From the IMG/VR virus record IMGVR_UViG_3300010352_001565, positions 51,055 through 115,054 of that record: a stretch of DNA of 64,000 nt; one strand, 5' to 3'. Every line of letters begins with the position of its first letter. Position 1 is the first letter of the stretch. Shown here piece by piece: positions 45,082 to 54,850 of the stretch. The stretch comes from a virus. Below the pieces are notes generated by a model. That model was not told the DNA's origin, ran no database searches, and worked only from the letters and a program-made list of their open reading frames with translations. Made by a program: the position numbers and the translations under genes.

Positions 45082-45621
45082 ATGAAACCATCTGGAATCG
45101 CATTTTTCATGCTGTGCGGAGTGCTGGCTATCAGCATCGCATTCGTCACATCTGAAGCCATCACCCACAAGGAGAAGCTCGAGAAGCTCAAGCTGACGCT
45201 CGCTGAGCTGAAGCAGAAAAATGAAGAGCTTGATGCCAAGCGCGCCGCGGTTGAAGCTGACGCCAAGAAGGTGGCTGAAGCCATGGAGAAAGCGGTAAAC
45301 GCAACCAGCAATACCACCGCGATCATCGAGCAGATCATTAGCAATACGATCGCGGTGGCAACCAACATGATTGTGCCTCCTCCGACCAACAGCCTGTTCA
45401 ACACGAACTTTTATGCCACAAGCAGCAACAGCATGTGGTTCAGCACAAACGTCATCAAGTGGCAGGAATACAGCGCGAAGGTCGTGACTCGCTACCATGT
45501 GTATGAGGGCTTGCGGCTCGATCAGCTTCATTTCTGTGAAGGTTTCGTCTGGTGGCGCCAAGGCAACCAGAAGATCTTCGAGAGTGGCGACATCGAAATC
45601 ATAGCCACGGAGATCCCATGA
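45082..45621 (+). CDS. secreted coiled-coil protein
   Basis: GAGGT Shine-Dalgarno. Signal/TM FFMLCGVLAISIAFV. Coiled coil KLEKLKLTLAELKQKNEELDAKRAAVEADAKK. Confidence 0.6.
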   Translation: MKPSGIAFFMLCGVLAISIAFVTSEAITHKEKLEKLKLTLAELKQKNEELDAKRAAVEADAKKVAEAMEKAVNATSNTTAIIEQIISNTIAVATNMIVPPPTNSLFNTNFYATSSNSMWFSTNVIKWQEYSAKVVTRYHVYEGLRLDQLHFCEGFVWWRQGNQKIFESGDIEIIATEIP

Positions 45622-45845
45622 TAACAGTCAAGACGGCGCACCCCGCGTGGGACAACAATCAGTTGGACGAGATCCTTAAAAACGGCAGTGACAAGCCGAT
45701 CACCGACCTTGAGCTGATTGACGAGCTGATCAAGCGGGCAAAAGAGACGGGAGCCGACGTCCAGTTCGTGAACGCACACGGTCGCGCGCTATCATTGGAC
45801 ATGGCACATCGAATCCGCTACGATCGAGGACTGGACATGCGCTAA
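45618..45845 (+). CDS. hypothetical protein
   Basis: ATG at 45618 (MITVKTAHPAWDNNQ). Confidence 0.5.
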   Translation: MITVKTAHPAWDNNQLDEILKNGSDKPITDLELIDELIKRAKETGADVQFVNAHGRALSLDMAHRIRYDRGLDMR

Positions 45846-45854
45846 CCGAATCTT

Positions 45855-46142
45855 ATGACGAAACTATCAAATGACATCATAAAGGCAACCGACGATTACT
45901 CCACACACGTGATCAATCGAATGGTTGCGAGTGGAGTTCCTAAGGACGAAGCTGAAGCCACGAGAGATCACCTTAAATCGGCAGTCCTTTCGGGTATCTC
46001 GCTGTGCTGCAACTACCAGATCTCGAACGATGGTAACAGCTCGGTCAATCCGCACGTGATCTACACCGCTGTGCGCGAGGCCGCCGACTCGATGGGAAAC
46101 CAAGTTCATCATCGCCTCATTGATCCTAACCAAATCCCATGA
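45855..46142 (+). CDS. hypothetical protein
   Basis: 95-aa ORF. Confidence 0.5.
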   Translation: MTKLSNDIIKATDDYSTHVINRMVASGVPKDEAEATRDHLKSAVLSGISLCCNYQISNDGNSSVNPHVIYTAVREAADSMGNQVHHRLIDPNQIP

Positions 46143-46339
46143 TTGAAGACCTTCTAATCCTACTGGCGAGCGGCAACCGCGAGGTCCGCATCGGCTACAC
46201 CAGAGACAACATGCCGATTGTCACCGTCTACAAAGACGGAAAGATGGTCGTGACGCGTCATGACGAGTCGATGCGCGGCGCCCTGCTGGAATGCGCACTA
46301 ACACTTGCAAATTCAAGCGAGATGCTTAAGAGGAGCTAG
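46139..46339 (+). CDS. hypothetical protein
   Basis: 66-aa ORF with ATGA overlap. Confidence 0.45.
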   Translation: MIEDLLILLASGNREVRIGYTRDNMPIVTVYKDGKMVVTRHDESMRGALLECALTLANSSEMLKRS

Positions 46340-46341
46340 AC

Positions 46342-46692
46342 ATGTACAACTTCAAGCATCTCAATCAAAACGTCGTAGAGATCACCACGGGAGCAGCGGA
46401 CCTGGTCCCGTGTGGAAGCCTCCTCAAGTGCGAGGACGGCTACTTCTACTTCTGGCCATTGGACCTGCCTGGCAAAAACAGCGGGTGCTACAGCGAGCAC
46501 TTCATGCGGTGTGTGGCAGACAAGCTGGCAGAGCTGAACAAGGACTGGGACGAGACGGTCAAGCGAGAGCTCGCCCCTCTGTGCCCAGGAACCGACTGCG
46601 CGCTAGTGCGAAACACCACCAACAACAAGCTAGAGTGGGTTGGGGTCGGACTTGGCGAGCCTAAAGGACTTGAAGGAGCCACGGGACAATGA
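46342..46692 (+). CDS. hypothetical protein
   Basis: Strong AAGAGGAG Shine-Dalgarno upstream of the ATG. Confidence 0.55.
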   Translation: MYNFKHLNQNVVEITTGAADLVPCGSLLKCEDGYFYFWPLDLPGKNSGCYSEHFMRCVADKLAELNKDWDETVKRELAPLCPGTDCALVRNTTNNKLEWVGVGLGEPKGLEGATGQ

Positions 46693-46825
46693 CTGCCATC
46701 AGCGTCCTCATTGTCATCTTTGGGCTCGGCTTCTTCTGGCGCATCGCTCACGCTCCGAGACCCGGTCCTGAGATGCCTCCACCGACTCGGCGAATTCGTT
46801 AACAAAAGCGCGTTCTATACCACGT

Positions 46826-47119
46826 ATGAAATCATCTACGTTTATCGCGCTTATCGTGGTTTGCATGTTCGGGCTCTGCTACGGCTTCTACAAGACACTT
46901 CCAGACCCGCAGTACAAAAACGGCCAAAACAGCTATGTCTCGGCAGTCGAACACTACCACGACGGCATCACCAACCTCTACACCACTCGAGCCACGGTGC
47001 ACGTTGGCGCGAACTACGCCTATTGGACCGAAGGGGAAATGGAAACCTTCATCAGCGGCAGCTTCAAGGTCGTGTCCATCAAATACAAAATGCACACCGG
47101 CTTGTTGAACGCCAAATGA
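46826..47119 (+). CDS. small membrane/secreted protein
   Basis: N-terminal hydrophobic FIALIVVCMFGLCYGF. Confidence 0.5.
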   Translation: MKSSTFIALIVVCMFGLCYGFYKTLPDPQYKNGQNSYVSAVEHYHDGITNLYTTRATVHVGANYAYWTEGEMETFISGSFKVVSIKYKMHTGLLNAK

Positions 47120-47243
47120 GCATCGTCCAAACAATCTGGTGCGCACTGTTCCACAGGAAGCACCATCACTCCGTGTGCCAAGGCTACCCTGGCTGGATCC
47201 TGTACAAGTGCAGCAAGTGTGACCGCACGTTCTGGAGGCAAGT

Positions 47244-47516
47244 ATGAGCAAAAGTACGAGCAATCAATCAGACCCATTCGTAGAAGTGCGCGAAGGAGCA
47301 GGATCAACCTGCCGCGACACAACCCCTGAAGAGCTCGCTGCGTCCGAGAGCTTGAAGAAGCAGATCGCCGACGCTCGCGCCGAACTAGAAAAAGCGGAGA
47401 GCAAGCTTAAGGAGCTGGAGCAGGGATGCCAGCACATCGTGCGAGTCGACACCGCAGGTTGGCCCTACGACCTGCGCCACTGCCACGCTTGCGGAGAGCT
47501 TTTAGGAAGCATATAG
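47244..47516 (+). CDS. hypothetical protein with coiled coil and C-terminal CHAC pair
   Basis: 90-aa ORF. Confidence 0.5.
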   Translation: MSKSTSNQSDPFVEVREGAGSTCRDTTPEELAASESLKKQIADARAELEKAESKLKELEQGCQHIVRVDTAGWPYDLRHCHACGELLGSI

Positions 47517-47517
47517 C

Positions 47518-47904
47518 ATGGAAACCACCATCAAAATCGAGCTGCCCCTCAACCGCGTCCCGCGCAACGACAAGTTCCGCCACCTGCTGCCACTGAAGAC
47601 CCGCTTGACTGACTGGCTCTTCTATCACACCTGCTGTGGCATCGGTGAGTTTGGCGGCTCGCGCATGAATCGCACCCACCGCTTCTACCTGTTCCGCTAC
47701 CGCATCCTCACGATACACCGCAATCAGTACCACGATCGCAGCGACAAGGAACGCGCTGACGAGTATCTGAAGAAGTGGTCCGAGTGCGAGAAGGAGCTGA
47801 AGATGTTCAGACTCGCTGCTCTCGGAGAGGGAGTCGCTGACGACGTCAAGAAGGTAATCCGCGAATCGTGGGGTGTGGACCTGGATGAAGGAACGGTACG
47901 ATGA
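47518..47904 (+). CDS. hypothetical protein
   Basis: 128-aa ORF. Confidence 0.55.
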   Translation: METTIKIELPLNRVPRNDKFRHLLPLKTRLTDWLFYHTCCGIGEFGGSRMNRTHRFYLFRYRILTIHRNQYHDRSDKERADEYLKKWSECEKELKMFRLAALGEGVADDVKKVIRESWGVDLDEGTVR

Positions 47905-48007
47905 AGATTAAACCAAGCTACGAAGCAGCCATGCTGGTCGCGACGTGCGGCATGATCCTAGTTGGGCTTGTGGTAATCGCCTGCGTGACAAGCTTGATGC
48001 TGTCAAA

Positions 48008-48334
48008 ATGAGCCCATCAACGCTAATCAAGCATGGTGACCGCAAGATCCTCGTGATCTTCTCGTGCACCACGCACTACAAGCGCGATACGCTCGGTAGA
48101 CGGATCAGAGGCACGGATCGATCTGGTCCTTGCGAAAAGATCTTGGTTGGCTGGTACGATCCCAAGGTTCTTCACGTAAAGCATCGCGAATACGCACCTC
48201 CAATGGGAGCGCAGGAAGCAGCGCGTAAATTCATCGAAGACGAAAGCCATGAGCAAATTCGAGCAAATCAGCGGGATGATGTGGAGCCTGATGGAGCCAG
48301 ATCCTCGCTACAACCGACAGACGGAGCCAACTGA
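48008..48334 (+). CDS. hypothetical protein
   Basis: ATG at 48008 inside ORF 47945..48334. Confidence 0.4.
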   Translation: MSPSTLIKHGDRKILVIFSCTTHYKRDTLGRRIRGTDRSGPCEKILVGWYDPKVLHVKHREYAPPMGAQEAARKFIEDESHEQIRANQRDDVEPDGARSSLQPTDGAN

Positions 48335-48500
48335 TTGCACCGTCATAACCGTTGAGATCGAGAGCGACCGCGAGCGCGTCTGGTTCAGCCACCCGCTGCG
48401 CAAGCTAACGACAAACGAGCGCAGTCAGCTCACCCAGATCCTTGTGGACAACGGGGTGGAGCTGACTGTCGCAAGAAGAGAGGAGATTGACAGACTATGA
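48249..48500 (+). CDS. hypothetical protein
   Basis: 83-aa ORF. Start may be at a later Met. Confidence 0.45.
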   Translation: MSKFEQISGMMWSLMEPDPRYNRQTEPTDCTVITVEIESDRERVWFSHPLRKLTTNERSQLTQILVDNGVELTVARREEIDRL

Positions 48501-48796
48501 TGCTTTTCAACCCACACCATGCTAGCGTCGATGGAGCCTGCATCGTCTGCCGTCAGAAGACCCAAGTGAACCACCTGACCAGCATCTGCGTTCAGTGCTC
48601 CTTGGTTGTAACCATCCCAAATGAGGTCAAGGAAAAGCTAGACCGGCTCCACCGCTATCTTGACGAGCTCGACCACGGCGTGACGCACACCGCATCGTAC
48701 AAGCGCCGAATGGGAGACGCACAAAATGCCATTTCCACATGGAGGGAAGAGTACAGCCGCACCGCGGCCGAATGGAAGGAGCACCCGAGTCTATGA
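48497..48796 (+). CDS. hypothetical Cys-containing protein
   Basis: CIVC...CVQC. Confidence 0.5.
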   Translation: MMLFNPHHASVDGACIVCRQKTQVNHLTSICVQCSLVVTIPNEVKEKLDRLHRYLDELDHGVTHTASYKRRMGDAQNAISTWREEYSRTAAEWKEHPSL

Positions 48797-49170
48797 AGCC
48801 AGATCTCAGCCTAAACAGCAGCACCGTGGTAACGGACTTCTCGCTGCACCTGCTACCTGTGATGATGGATGCAGTAGCTGAGTACGGAAATCCTAACGTG
48901 GTTGTGGTTGACCAACCCACCGAGAAGATGCGCGGCCAGCCAGGTGGAAGTCTTCATTGCAATGGACACTTTGATCTCGCGGATTTCTGGACGATCTACC
49001 ACCGGCTCGCGCTTACAAAGTACGTCCACGTGGTGAATCACCGCACGAGTGACAACCTGCTCATTAGGAGTTATTTCAGAGGAGCGTTCAGCTTCAAGCT
49101 GACCGACGAGCAAGAAAATACTTTGCGGCTCATCCTTGAGGCCCGAGATGCAGAGAAATCAAGCCTATGA
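48793..49170 (+). CDS. hypothetical protein
   Basis: ATG at 48793. Confidence 0.5.
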   Translation: MKPDLSLNSSTVVTDFSLHLLPVMMDAVAEYGNPNVVVVDQPTEKMRGQPGGSLHCNGHFDLADFWTIYHRLALTKYVHVVNHRTSDNLLIRSYFRGAFSFKLTDEQENTLRLILEARDAEKSSL

Positions 49171-49523
49171 ACGTTGACCACCTCTTAATCGGCATCCTGA
49201 TCGGCGTCCTAGTAGGAATGTGGCTTGCAAACGCGACGTGCACGTCTCGCAAGAAGCGGCCAGAGCGGACGTACCAGGACGACCTGAACGACGCCGCTGA
49301 GAAAGGACCTGACAGGCAGCCCATCATGCCAAAGCCCGGCGAGACCTGGAGGCCAAAGACTGGCGGAGGTTGCGACATTCAAGTCCTGGACACCGACGAC
49401 TTCTCAGTTAGGCTTGCGATCAACGGCAAACCAGCAGGGATGCGCTCCAAGCGCGGGTTCATGAAAAACTATCGCCGCATCCTCACCGTGGACGACATCT
49501 CAAACTCTCTTAAACCGAAATGA
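49167..49523 (+). CDS. membrane-anchored hypothetical protein
   Basis: N-terminal TM LLIGILIGVLVGMWLA. Confidence 0.5.
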   Translation: MNVDHLLIGILIGVLVGMWLANATCTSRKKRPERTYQDDLNDAAEKGPDRQPIMPKPGETWRPKTGGGCDIQVLDTDDFSVRLAINGKPAGMRSKRGFMKNYRRILTVDDISNSLKPK

Positions 49524-49723
49524 AAATCTTGCTCATATTCCTAGCCTCGTATACCCTCTGGCTAGTTCTGTTTCTGGCCTACTTCAAGGAAGAGCTGCAC
49601 CGGGTGCTCCCACAGCGCCGCCACAAGGTCTCGTTCCTCCTGCTGTCACCGTTCCTGTGCTTCGCCGTTGGGGTGCTTGGAATCTTGTTCGCTTTATATA
49701 GGGCAGTAAGATGCATACGATAA
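49520..49723 (+). CDS. small two-TM membrane protein
   Basis: Hydrophobic throughout. Confidence 0.45.
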   Translation: MKILLIFLASYTLWLVLFLAYFKEELHRVLPQRRHKVSFLLLSPFLCFAVGVLGILFALYRAVRCIR

Positions 49724-49977
49724 ACATTGAGGCCGTTGAGGCAGGGTTGCGAGAGCAGATGCGCGGGTTTATCGGACTCAGCGCCTCTCAGGATACGCTG
49801 CGCCATGTTCGCATCATTGTCGACGAGTTCCTCAAGAGACGCCATTCTGGCTACGAGAGTCACTTCGTAGCGGTCGGGATCGACACCCTTGACAACACCA
49901 AGCTCCACGTCATTCCGCAACCCCACGCACCACCCTGGGTTCACGAGATCTTTGACCGAATCTACGACCTTAGTTAG
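49711..49977 (+). CDS. hypothetical protein
   Basis: 88-aa ORF. Confidence 0.5.
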   Translation: MHTINIEAVEAGLREQMRGFIGLSASQDTLRHVRIIVDEFLKRRHSGYESHFVAVGIDTLDNTKLHVIPQPHAPPWVHEIFDRIYDLS

Positions 49978-49982
49978 GTCGT

Positions 49983-50417
49983 ATGATGACCAGCTCTGAA
50001 TTGGACAGCTTCATTGGGCGCGAGCTGAACTACCCTGACAGCCAGGTGGTCGACGCCAAGTACTCACTCATCGACAAGGACTGCTTCTTCGACGAGTGCG
50101 CGCGCATCCTACAGACCGATCTCTTCTCATTCCGCGCCCGCTATCGGAAGGAAGTCTTCGACTGCGACGACTTCGCGCTCCTGACTGTCGCCATCCTTCG
50201 CCTCGCTTACGCCAACACCAAGGATCGCCCAGAGGGCACCGCACTCGCGGTCGGCTACATGTTTTACGAGTCTGAGCAGGGACCGCACGCCATCATCTTC
50301 GCCGTCTGTCGAAGCAAGTCAGGCGAGCGCGAGCTGGTGTTCATGGAGCCGCAAACTCAACTCGAGATAACCCTCACCAAAGATGAAAAAGCTTCTACTC
50401 GTTTCTATTACGTTTAG
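49983..50417 (+). CDS. hypothetical protein
   Basis: 144-aa ORF. Confidence 0.55.
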   Translation: MMTSSELDSFIGRELNYPDSQVVDAKYSLIDKDCFFDECARILQTDLFSFRARYRKEVFDCDDFALLTVAILRLAYANTKDRPEGTALAVGYMFYESEQGPHAIIFAVCRSKSGERELVFMEPQTQLEITLTKDEKASTRFYYV

Positions 50418-50505
50418 CCTCTTGGTCCTGGCGGGATGCAAGACCAGAGAGCCGGTCCAGACCTACCCGGTCGCGCTCCCTCAGATCAAGCTGAGCGAAC
50501 CGTAG
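50383..50505 (+). CDS. candidate small lipoprotein (40 aa) overlapping the 3' end of the upstream gene
   Basis: MKKLLLVSITFSLLVLAGC has the lipobox LAGC. Alternative frame. Confidence 0.25.
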   Translation: MKKLLLVSITFSLLVLAGCKTREPVQTYPVALPQIKLSEP

Positions 50506-50512
50506 TTAGCGC

Positions 50513-50812
50513 ATGAATAACGCTGCGCGCGCTGCTAAACTGATCGGTGCTCTTCTCGAAGACGAATTTCATCCTGACGAGTTCGGTCAGTACGCCGACC
50601 TGGCTCGCGAAAAGTCTAAGAGCGGAAAAGCCGATGTCTCGCTCCCTCCCATGCAGTCTGACGGCGAGATTGCCGACGATCTTCTCCAGGTTGCTGAGCG
50701 CCTGACTGGGCTGTCTAACCGCGTCAGGTCGAATCCCCGCGTCCAAGCCCTGTTGCAACAAGCGCTTGATGCCGCCGATGAAGCCTGCGAGATCCTCGAT
50801 AACGAGCTTTAA
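50513..50812 (+). CDS. hypothetical protein
   Basis: 99-aa ORF. Confidence 0.5.
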   Translation: MNNAARAAKLIGALLEDEFHPDEFGQYADLAREKSKSGKADVSLPPMQSDGEIADDLLQVAERLTGLSNRVRSNPRVQALLQQALDAADEACEILDNEL

Positions 50813-50815
50813 CCC

Positions 50816-52018
50816 ATGAACTACCTCGACAACTCTGCCCCAAAAGGAACGCACTGCCTGTACAAAGTGGTCGCCACCGCAGGCGCAGGTGGAACTGGAG
50901 CGCAAAGCGCTGATTCGAACATCGTCGACCTGCTCACCACACCTGCGGCTCCGCTCACGTGCCAGGCAAACGGGACTATCACGGATGGAGCAACTTCAGG
51001 ACCCATGGACATTCAGTGGCCTCCATCTTCATCGCCTGTGGTCGAGCTGTACCGCGTGCTTGAGGGGACCACAACTGGAGGTCCTTACACCGAAGTCGCT
51101 ACTGTCCCAGCCGGAGACAGCCTGCATGTCGTTCTCTCGCGCCCTCTTGGAACATACTTCTATGTCGTCGTAGCGCATAACGCTTCTGGTGACTCCACTT
51201 ACTCTCAGGAGTCATCCTCGAGTATCATAAATGGCGGGTTCTCAGGCGGATCAGTTCCAGCTCTGACCGCCGTAATGGGACCGAACGGACACCCTGTCCT
51301 CACGTGGACTGGAGTTGAAGATGCCACTGGCTACAAGCTTCGCATTTGTGATCCTGGCCTGAACCAAGATTGGGACGAGACGCTGAACGACGGAGAGGGA
51401 GGAATTGTCTACACCCAGATTCCGTACAGTGTCGGTGCAGAATCCGCGGTTGGAGAGTTTGACGCTACTGACCGCACTTACTACGACTCTGCCACGTCAC
51501 GGTGGACTGACGACGGCACGGACCGCAAGGTCTGGTACCGCATCTGCGCCGTGAGAGAAGGTTTCGAAGACGAGTACTGCGCGCCAGTCGAGCTTGACAT
51601 CGCTCCCTTGCAGTACGGACTTGACGCCCCAGTTATTACAGTCCAGCGCTTAGATCCTGCGCTCAACGGCGGACGCCACTTCCTCATCAGCTGGCCTGTG
51701 GTTGACGGAGCGACATACTATACGGGTCAGAGGTTCACATCTGGTGGAAGCATGCCGCTCACTTCACAAGGAACAGGAGCGGCGACAAACCAGAACGTCA
51801 TCGATGGCGCGGACAACGACCTTGAATCTGCTGGTGGTGGAGCGTGGGTTGTTTCACAAACGCCTGATGGGATGTGCCATGTCTACACCGCAAGCGGATC
51901 CAGCATGACGAGTGGAACAGGAATTGGAGACGAATTCTGGGTATTTGCATGGAACGGGAACCTGAAGAGCCATTCGTCAAACCGCATTGACGGCTGGGCA
52001 CTCCCGCCTCTCACCTAA
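50816..52018 (+). CDS. protein with three fibronectin-type-III-like repeats
   Basis: Repeated W-x-P/T...Y-x-V Fn3-like units (IQWPPSSSPVVELYRV, LTWTGVEDATGYKLRI, ISWPVVDGATYYTGQRF). Confidence 0.6.
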   Translation: MNYLDNSAPKGTHCLYKVVATAGAGGTGAQSADSNIVDLLTTPAAPLTCQANGTITDGATSGPMDIQWPPSSSPVVELYRVLEGTTTGGPYTEVATVPAGDSLHVVLSRPLGTYFYVVVAHNASGDSTYSQESSSSIINGGFSGGSVPALTAVMGPNGHPVLTWTGVEDATGYKLRICDPGLNQDWDETLNDGEGGIVYTQIPYSVGAESAVGEFDATDRTYYDSATSRWTDDGTDRKVWYRICAVREGFEDEYCAPVELDIAPLQYGLDAPVITVQRLDPALNGGRHFLISWPVVDGATYYTGQRFTSGGSMPLTSQGTGAATNQNVIDGADNDLESAGGGAWVVSQTPDGMCHVYTASGSSMTSGTGIGDEFWVFAWNGNLKSHSSNRIDGWALPPLT

Positions 52019-52065
52019 AAATAGTTGCAAAAAAGTGTTTACAAATTTCCGTGGCGTGATATAGT
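52017..52065 (+). promoter_or_regulatory. repeated promoter cassette copy 5
   Basis: AAAATAGTTGCAAAAAAGTG, TTTACA 52038-52043, TGATATAGT to 52065. ATG 52072. Confidence 0.7.
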
Positions 52066-52071
52066 CGTGCC

Positions 52072-52329
52072 ATGGTTACGAAAAACTCTATCACGCTGAA
52101 CGAAGCGCTTGACGCTGGTTTCATCGGCGACGACTGCTACGTCACATACGACATCGTTCGTCCTGACGGTAGCCGCTGCGGTCAAGCTCAGTTCCACTAC
52201 GACACAACCACCTGCGGTTTCTACGCGGGCCAGCTGTTCCGGAACGAAGACGGCAGCATCAAGACGGTCATCCTCGGCGAGGATGGAGTGAACGCTGTGT
52301 TGGTCAAATCCGCTAACCCCCTGAAATAA
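52072..52329 (+). CDS. hypothetical protein
   Basis: Leaderless ATG. Confidence 0.55.
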   Translation: MVTKNSITLNEALDAGFIGDDCYVTYDIVRPDGSRCGQAQFHYDTTTCGFYAGQLFRNEDGSIKTVILGEDGVNAVLVKSANPLK

Positions 52330-52331
52330 CC

Positions 52332-52766
52332 ATGAAACTCGTATCTTTAAATGGCAGAGAGCTCAAGGTCGGTTCGCGCGTGATGGCCGATTTTGGCGGT
52401 GGCACCGCCTGCAATATCGTCTCAATCGACGGTTCAAACATCGGGATCGAAACTGTCCGCGGTGGCGCTGACTACGGCGCGTGGGACCACATCGAGCCAG
52501 AGCAGATCGGCGCCAAGTGGGTGGTAACCGGAGAAGACACCTGTGGCAAGTGCGTTACGACCTCTGAATACGTTTTGGCCGCGTGGTTCTCAGACGAGAA
52601 TGCGCAGTTCAGGTTTCACTGCTCGCTTCCGAAAAGCCTCAAGGCTTACCGGACGCGCTGCGCCAAATACAAAAAGTCGCGGTTCGGCGTCGCGGTTAGC
52701 GCTGACGAACCCAACGCCAAGCGCATCACTGAGTTCCGCAAAATCGTGGAGGCGCTGAACAAATGA
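52332..52766 (+). CDS. hypothetical protein
   Basis: 144-aa ORF. Confidence 0.55.
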   Translation: MKLVSLNGRELKVGSRVMADFGGGTACNIVSIDGSNIGIETVRGGADYGAWDHIEPEQIGAKWVVTGEDTCGKCVTTSEYVLAAWFSDENAQFRFHCSLPKSLKAYRTRCAKYKKSRFGVAVSADEPNAKRITEFRKIVEALNK

Positions 52767-53098
52767 ACAACAAACCAGCAACCCACGCGGACGTAATCAA
52801 GGTGCTTAAAGGGCTGATTGAAGCTCAGGCCAAGGGAGAGAAGATCTACGCTTACATCCCAGTAACCTTCATCGTCAACAACGTCGAGATGAACAGCTGG
52901 ATTCCTGTTGATCCTGCGAGATACATCGAGCTCTTGCAGTGCTGCGACGCCGAGACCAAGTATGCCTGCCACGTCGAGATCGAGCCTGACGGCGAAGTCT
53001 TCTTCCACCCGCATGCTGCGAACTTCGGCATCGACGACCAGCGTGCCTTCTTCCACCCGCATGACGCGAACGCCCAACCTACCGAGTTATGGCAATGA
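52763..53098 (+). CDS. hypothetical protein
   Basis: Internal duplicated FFHPHAAN/FFHPHDAN motif. Confidence 0.5.
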   Translation: MNNKPATHADVIKVLKGLIEAQAKGEKIYAYIPVTFIVNNVEMNSWIPVDPARYIELLQCCDAETKYACHVEIEPDGEVFFHPHAANFGIDDQRAFFHPHDANAQPTELWQ

Positions 53099-53280
53099 AA
53101 CAGCAATTCGTAGTGTTCAACACGGTAACCAAGCGCTACGTCGGCAAGAGGCAGGCGCCAAACGCCCGCAACGTCGACGATGCGAAGAAGTTCGCAACAT
53201 CTGACGAAGCCGCGACCAAGTGCCGCGAGCTGACAAACGAGACGGGTCAACCACACTCAGTCGAAACCATTTACCAATAG
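53089..53280 (+). CDS. small hypothetical protein
   Basis: 63-aa ORF. Confidence 0.45.
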   Translation: MAMKQQFVVFNTVTKRYVGKRQAPNARNVDDAKKFATSDEAATKCRELTNETGQPHSVETIYQ

Positions 53281-53694
53281 ATGAAAACAGACCTCTTTAC
53301 ACTGAAGCAGATCGCCTACCGCGCCGGTCTCTACAGGCGCGACAACGAGCCAGTTCCGGCCCACATGGTCAACGAGCTTCTTGACGCGATCTCGAACCTG
53401 GGACCGACGTCGGTCGACCTCACACCCGCCCAGTTTATCGAGTTCCTGTGCAGCAGGGACTTCGTTATCGCGTTTTCCGATCGCGATGGAGGAAACGGCG
53501 AGCTATGCGACGGCATCACCAACTTCAAGATGTCCAAGCACGGGAAGGTCGAGATCTTCGAGAGACTTCCGAATCGCATTGAGGTAGAGATCGCGGGTGA
53601 GAAGGTCACAATCTCATCAGACAACCGCCTGGAAGACGAGGACGTCAAGGACATCCTTTCGAATCCCATGGCTTACATCGACGGTGGCGAATGA
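53281..53694 (+). CDS. hypothetical protein (paralog of the partial gene at 63761)
   Basis: FVIAFSDRDGGNGELCDGITNFKMSKHGK vs FVILFEETAGTETCEGFTNFRLSTSPNMHRG. Confidence 0.55.
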   Translation: MKTDLFTLKQIAYRAGLYRRDNEPVPAHMVNELLDAISNLGPTSVDLTPAQFIEFLCSRDFVIAFSDRDGGNGELCDGITNFKMSKHGKVEIFERLPNRIEVEIAGEKVTISSDNRLEDEDVKDILSNPMAYIDGGE

Positions 53695-54014
53695 ACTTCT
53701 TCGAGAAACATGACGCTATCGCCCTTTACGGGCTGGCGGTATTCCCGCGGATCACACTGCTGATCGGGTCGTTCGCGACTGGCGGCGCACTCTGGTGGCT
53801 CACTTGGCTAATTGCCCCTCATGTCCTCGTGGCAATACTGGCGATTCCGTTCTTTGGCGATCACCCGATACTCGTCACATACGCCTGGGTCTGCGCCTTC
53901 TACGGCACAAGCGGCGAGCACAAAGCAGTGAACGTGATTAAAGGCGCTCACAAGAAACGCCAACTTAGAAAAGCAATTCAGAAACTTGCAAAACAGGGCC
54001 ATGCGAAAAACTGA
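53691..54014 (+). CDS. multi-TM membrane protein
   Basis: Three hydrophobic segments. Confidence 0.5.
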   Translation: MNFFEKHDAIALYGLAVFPRITLLIGSFATGGALWWLTWLIAPHVLVAILAIPFFGDHPILVTYAWVCAFYGTSGEHKAVNVIKGAHKKRQLRKAIQKLAKQGHAKN

Positions 54015-54279
54015 ACAAAAGCAATACTACTCGTATGACGGCGCGAGCAGCGAGGTAACGCACCGCGCTGGGTCTCTTGAAGAGCTACTGGAAAAGATCT
54101 TGAAAAGCGCGGGTAAAGAGTGGACCCGACTCAAGGTCAGCGGGTGGGTCAAAGGCGACCCAAGCTCAGAGCCTCTCTGCTTTTTTGTAAAAAGCGTCCA
54201 CTCAGCTGACGACAGCGCGAGGCAGCTGAAGCTGGCCACCGTGCAGCGCGCAGCAAAACAATTGAAAATACTCGAATAG
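54001..54279 (+). CDS. hypothetical protein
   Basis: ATG at 54001. The track ORF starts at a TTG at 53986. Confidence 0.45.
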   Translation: MRKTEQKQYYSYDGASSEVTHRAGSLEELLEKILKSAGKEWTRLKVSGWVKGDPSSEPLCFFVKSVHSADDSARQLKLATVQRAAKQLKILE

Positions 54280-54282
54280 CTT

Positions 54283-54849
54283 ATGTGGATCAAATGGAAA
54301 TATAATGATCACGGCCACCCTGACTTCAAAGAGCTGGAGATTCCAGACGATCTTGACGGGTGGGAAACAGTTGAAGAGTGGATCTGTGAGCGAGGTCTCG
54401 TGCCTCAATACAGCGAACGGTTCAGCACATCACGGATCAAGTGGGAGAAGCTTGAGCTGACCACTGAGGAGCTTAAAACGCGTAGGATCGCAGGGCTTGA
54501 GGCGTGCATCGCGAGCCACGAGAGCGCTTTGAAAGAAGCGAGGAGCCAGCTGGCTGAGCTGAAACCGGCAAAACTGGTCTCATTCAGCAACCTGCCGCTT
54601 GGCACCCGGTTTCGCTACCCAGGCAGCGACCGAGTCTACACCATACTCGAGCAGAGACGCCACCGCAAAGACAGCGAGCCGTGCCACGGCGTGGTCGCAG
54701 TGTGGGAGCCAAACATGGTGGACAAGGTGAATGAGACCTTCGATCCGCAACACCCGCACGTTGGCCGCTGGCATGGACAAAACATCTTCAGGCACGCTCC
54801 TGTTGAATGCGGCGGCGATTGCCCAGACATGGTTGAACCGATCGACTAG
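54283..54849 (+). CDS. hypothetical protein
   Basis: 188-aa ORF. Confidence 0.55.
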   Translation: MWIKWKYNDHGHPDFKELEIPDDLDGWETVEEWICERGLVPQYSERFSTSRIKWEKLELTTEELKTRRIAGLEACIASHESALKEARSQLAELKPAKLVSFSNLPLGTRFRYPGSDRVYTILEQRRHRKDSEPCHGVVAVWEPNMVDKVNETFDPQHPHVGRWHGQNIFRHAPVECGGDCPDMVEPID

Positions 54850-54850
54850 C

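Noticed and set aside
49983-50505. Rz/Rz1-type spanin pair (embedded lipoprotein)
   Set aside because: The embedded LAGC lipoprotein ORF is real-looking. However, the host gene lacks an N-terminal TM domain or periplasmic coiled coil, so a spanin assignment is unsupported. It is kept only as a low-confidence lipoprotein.
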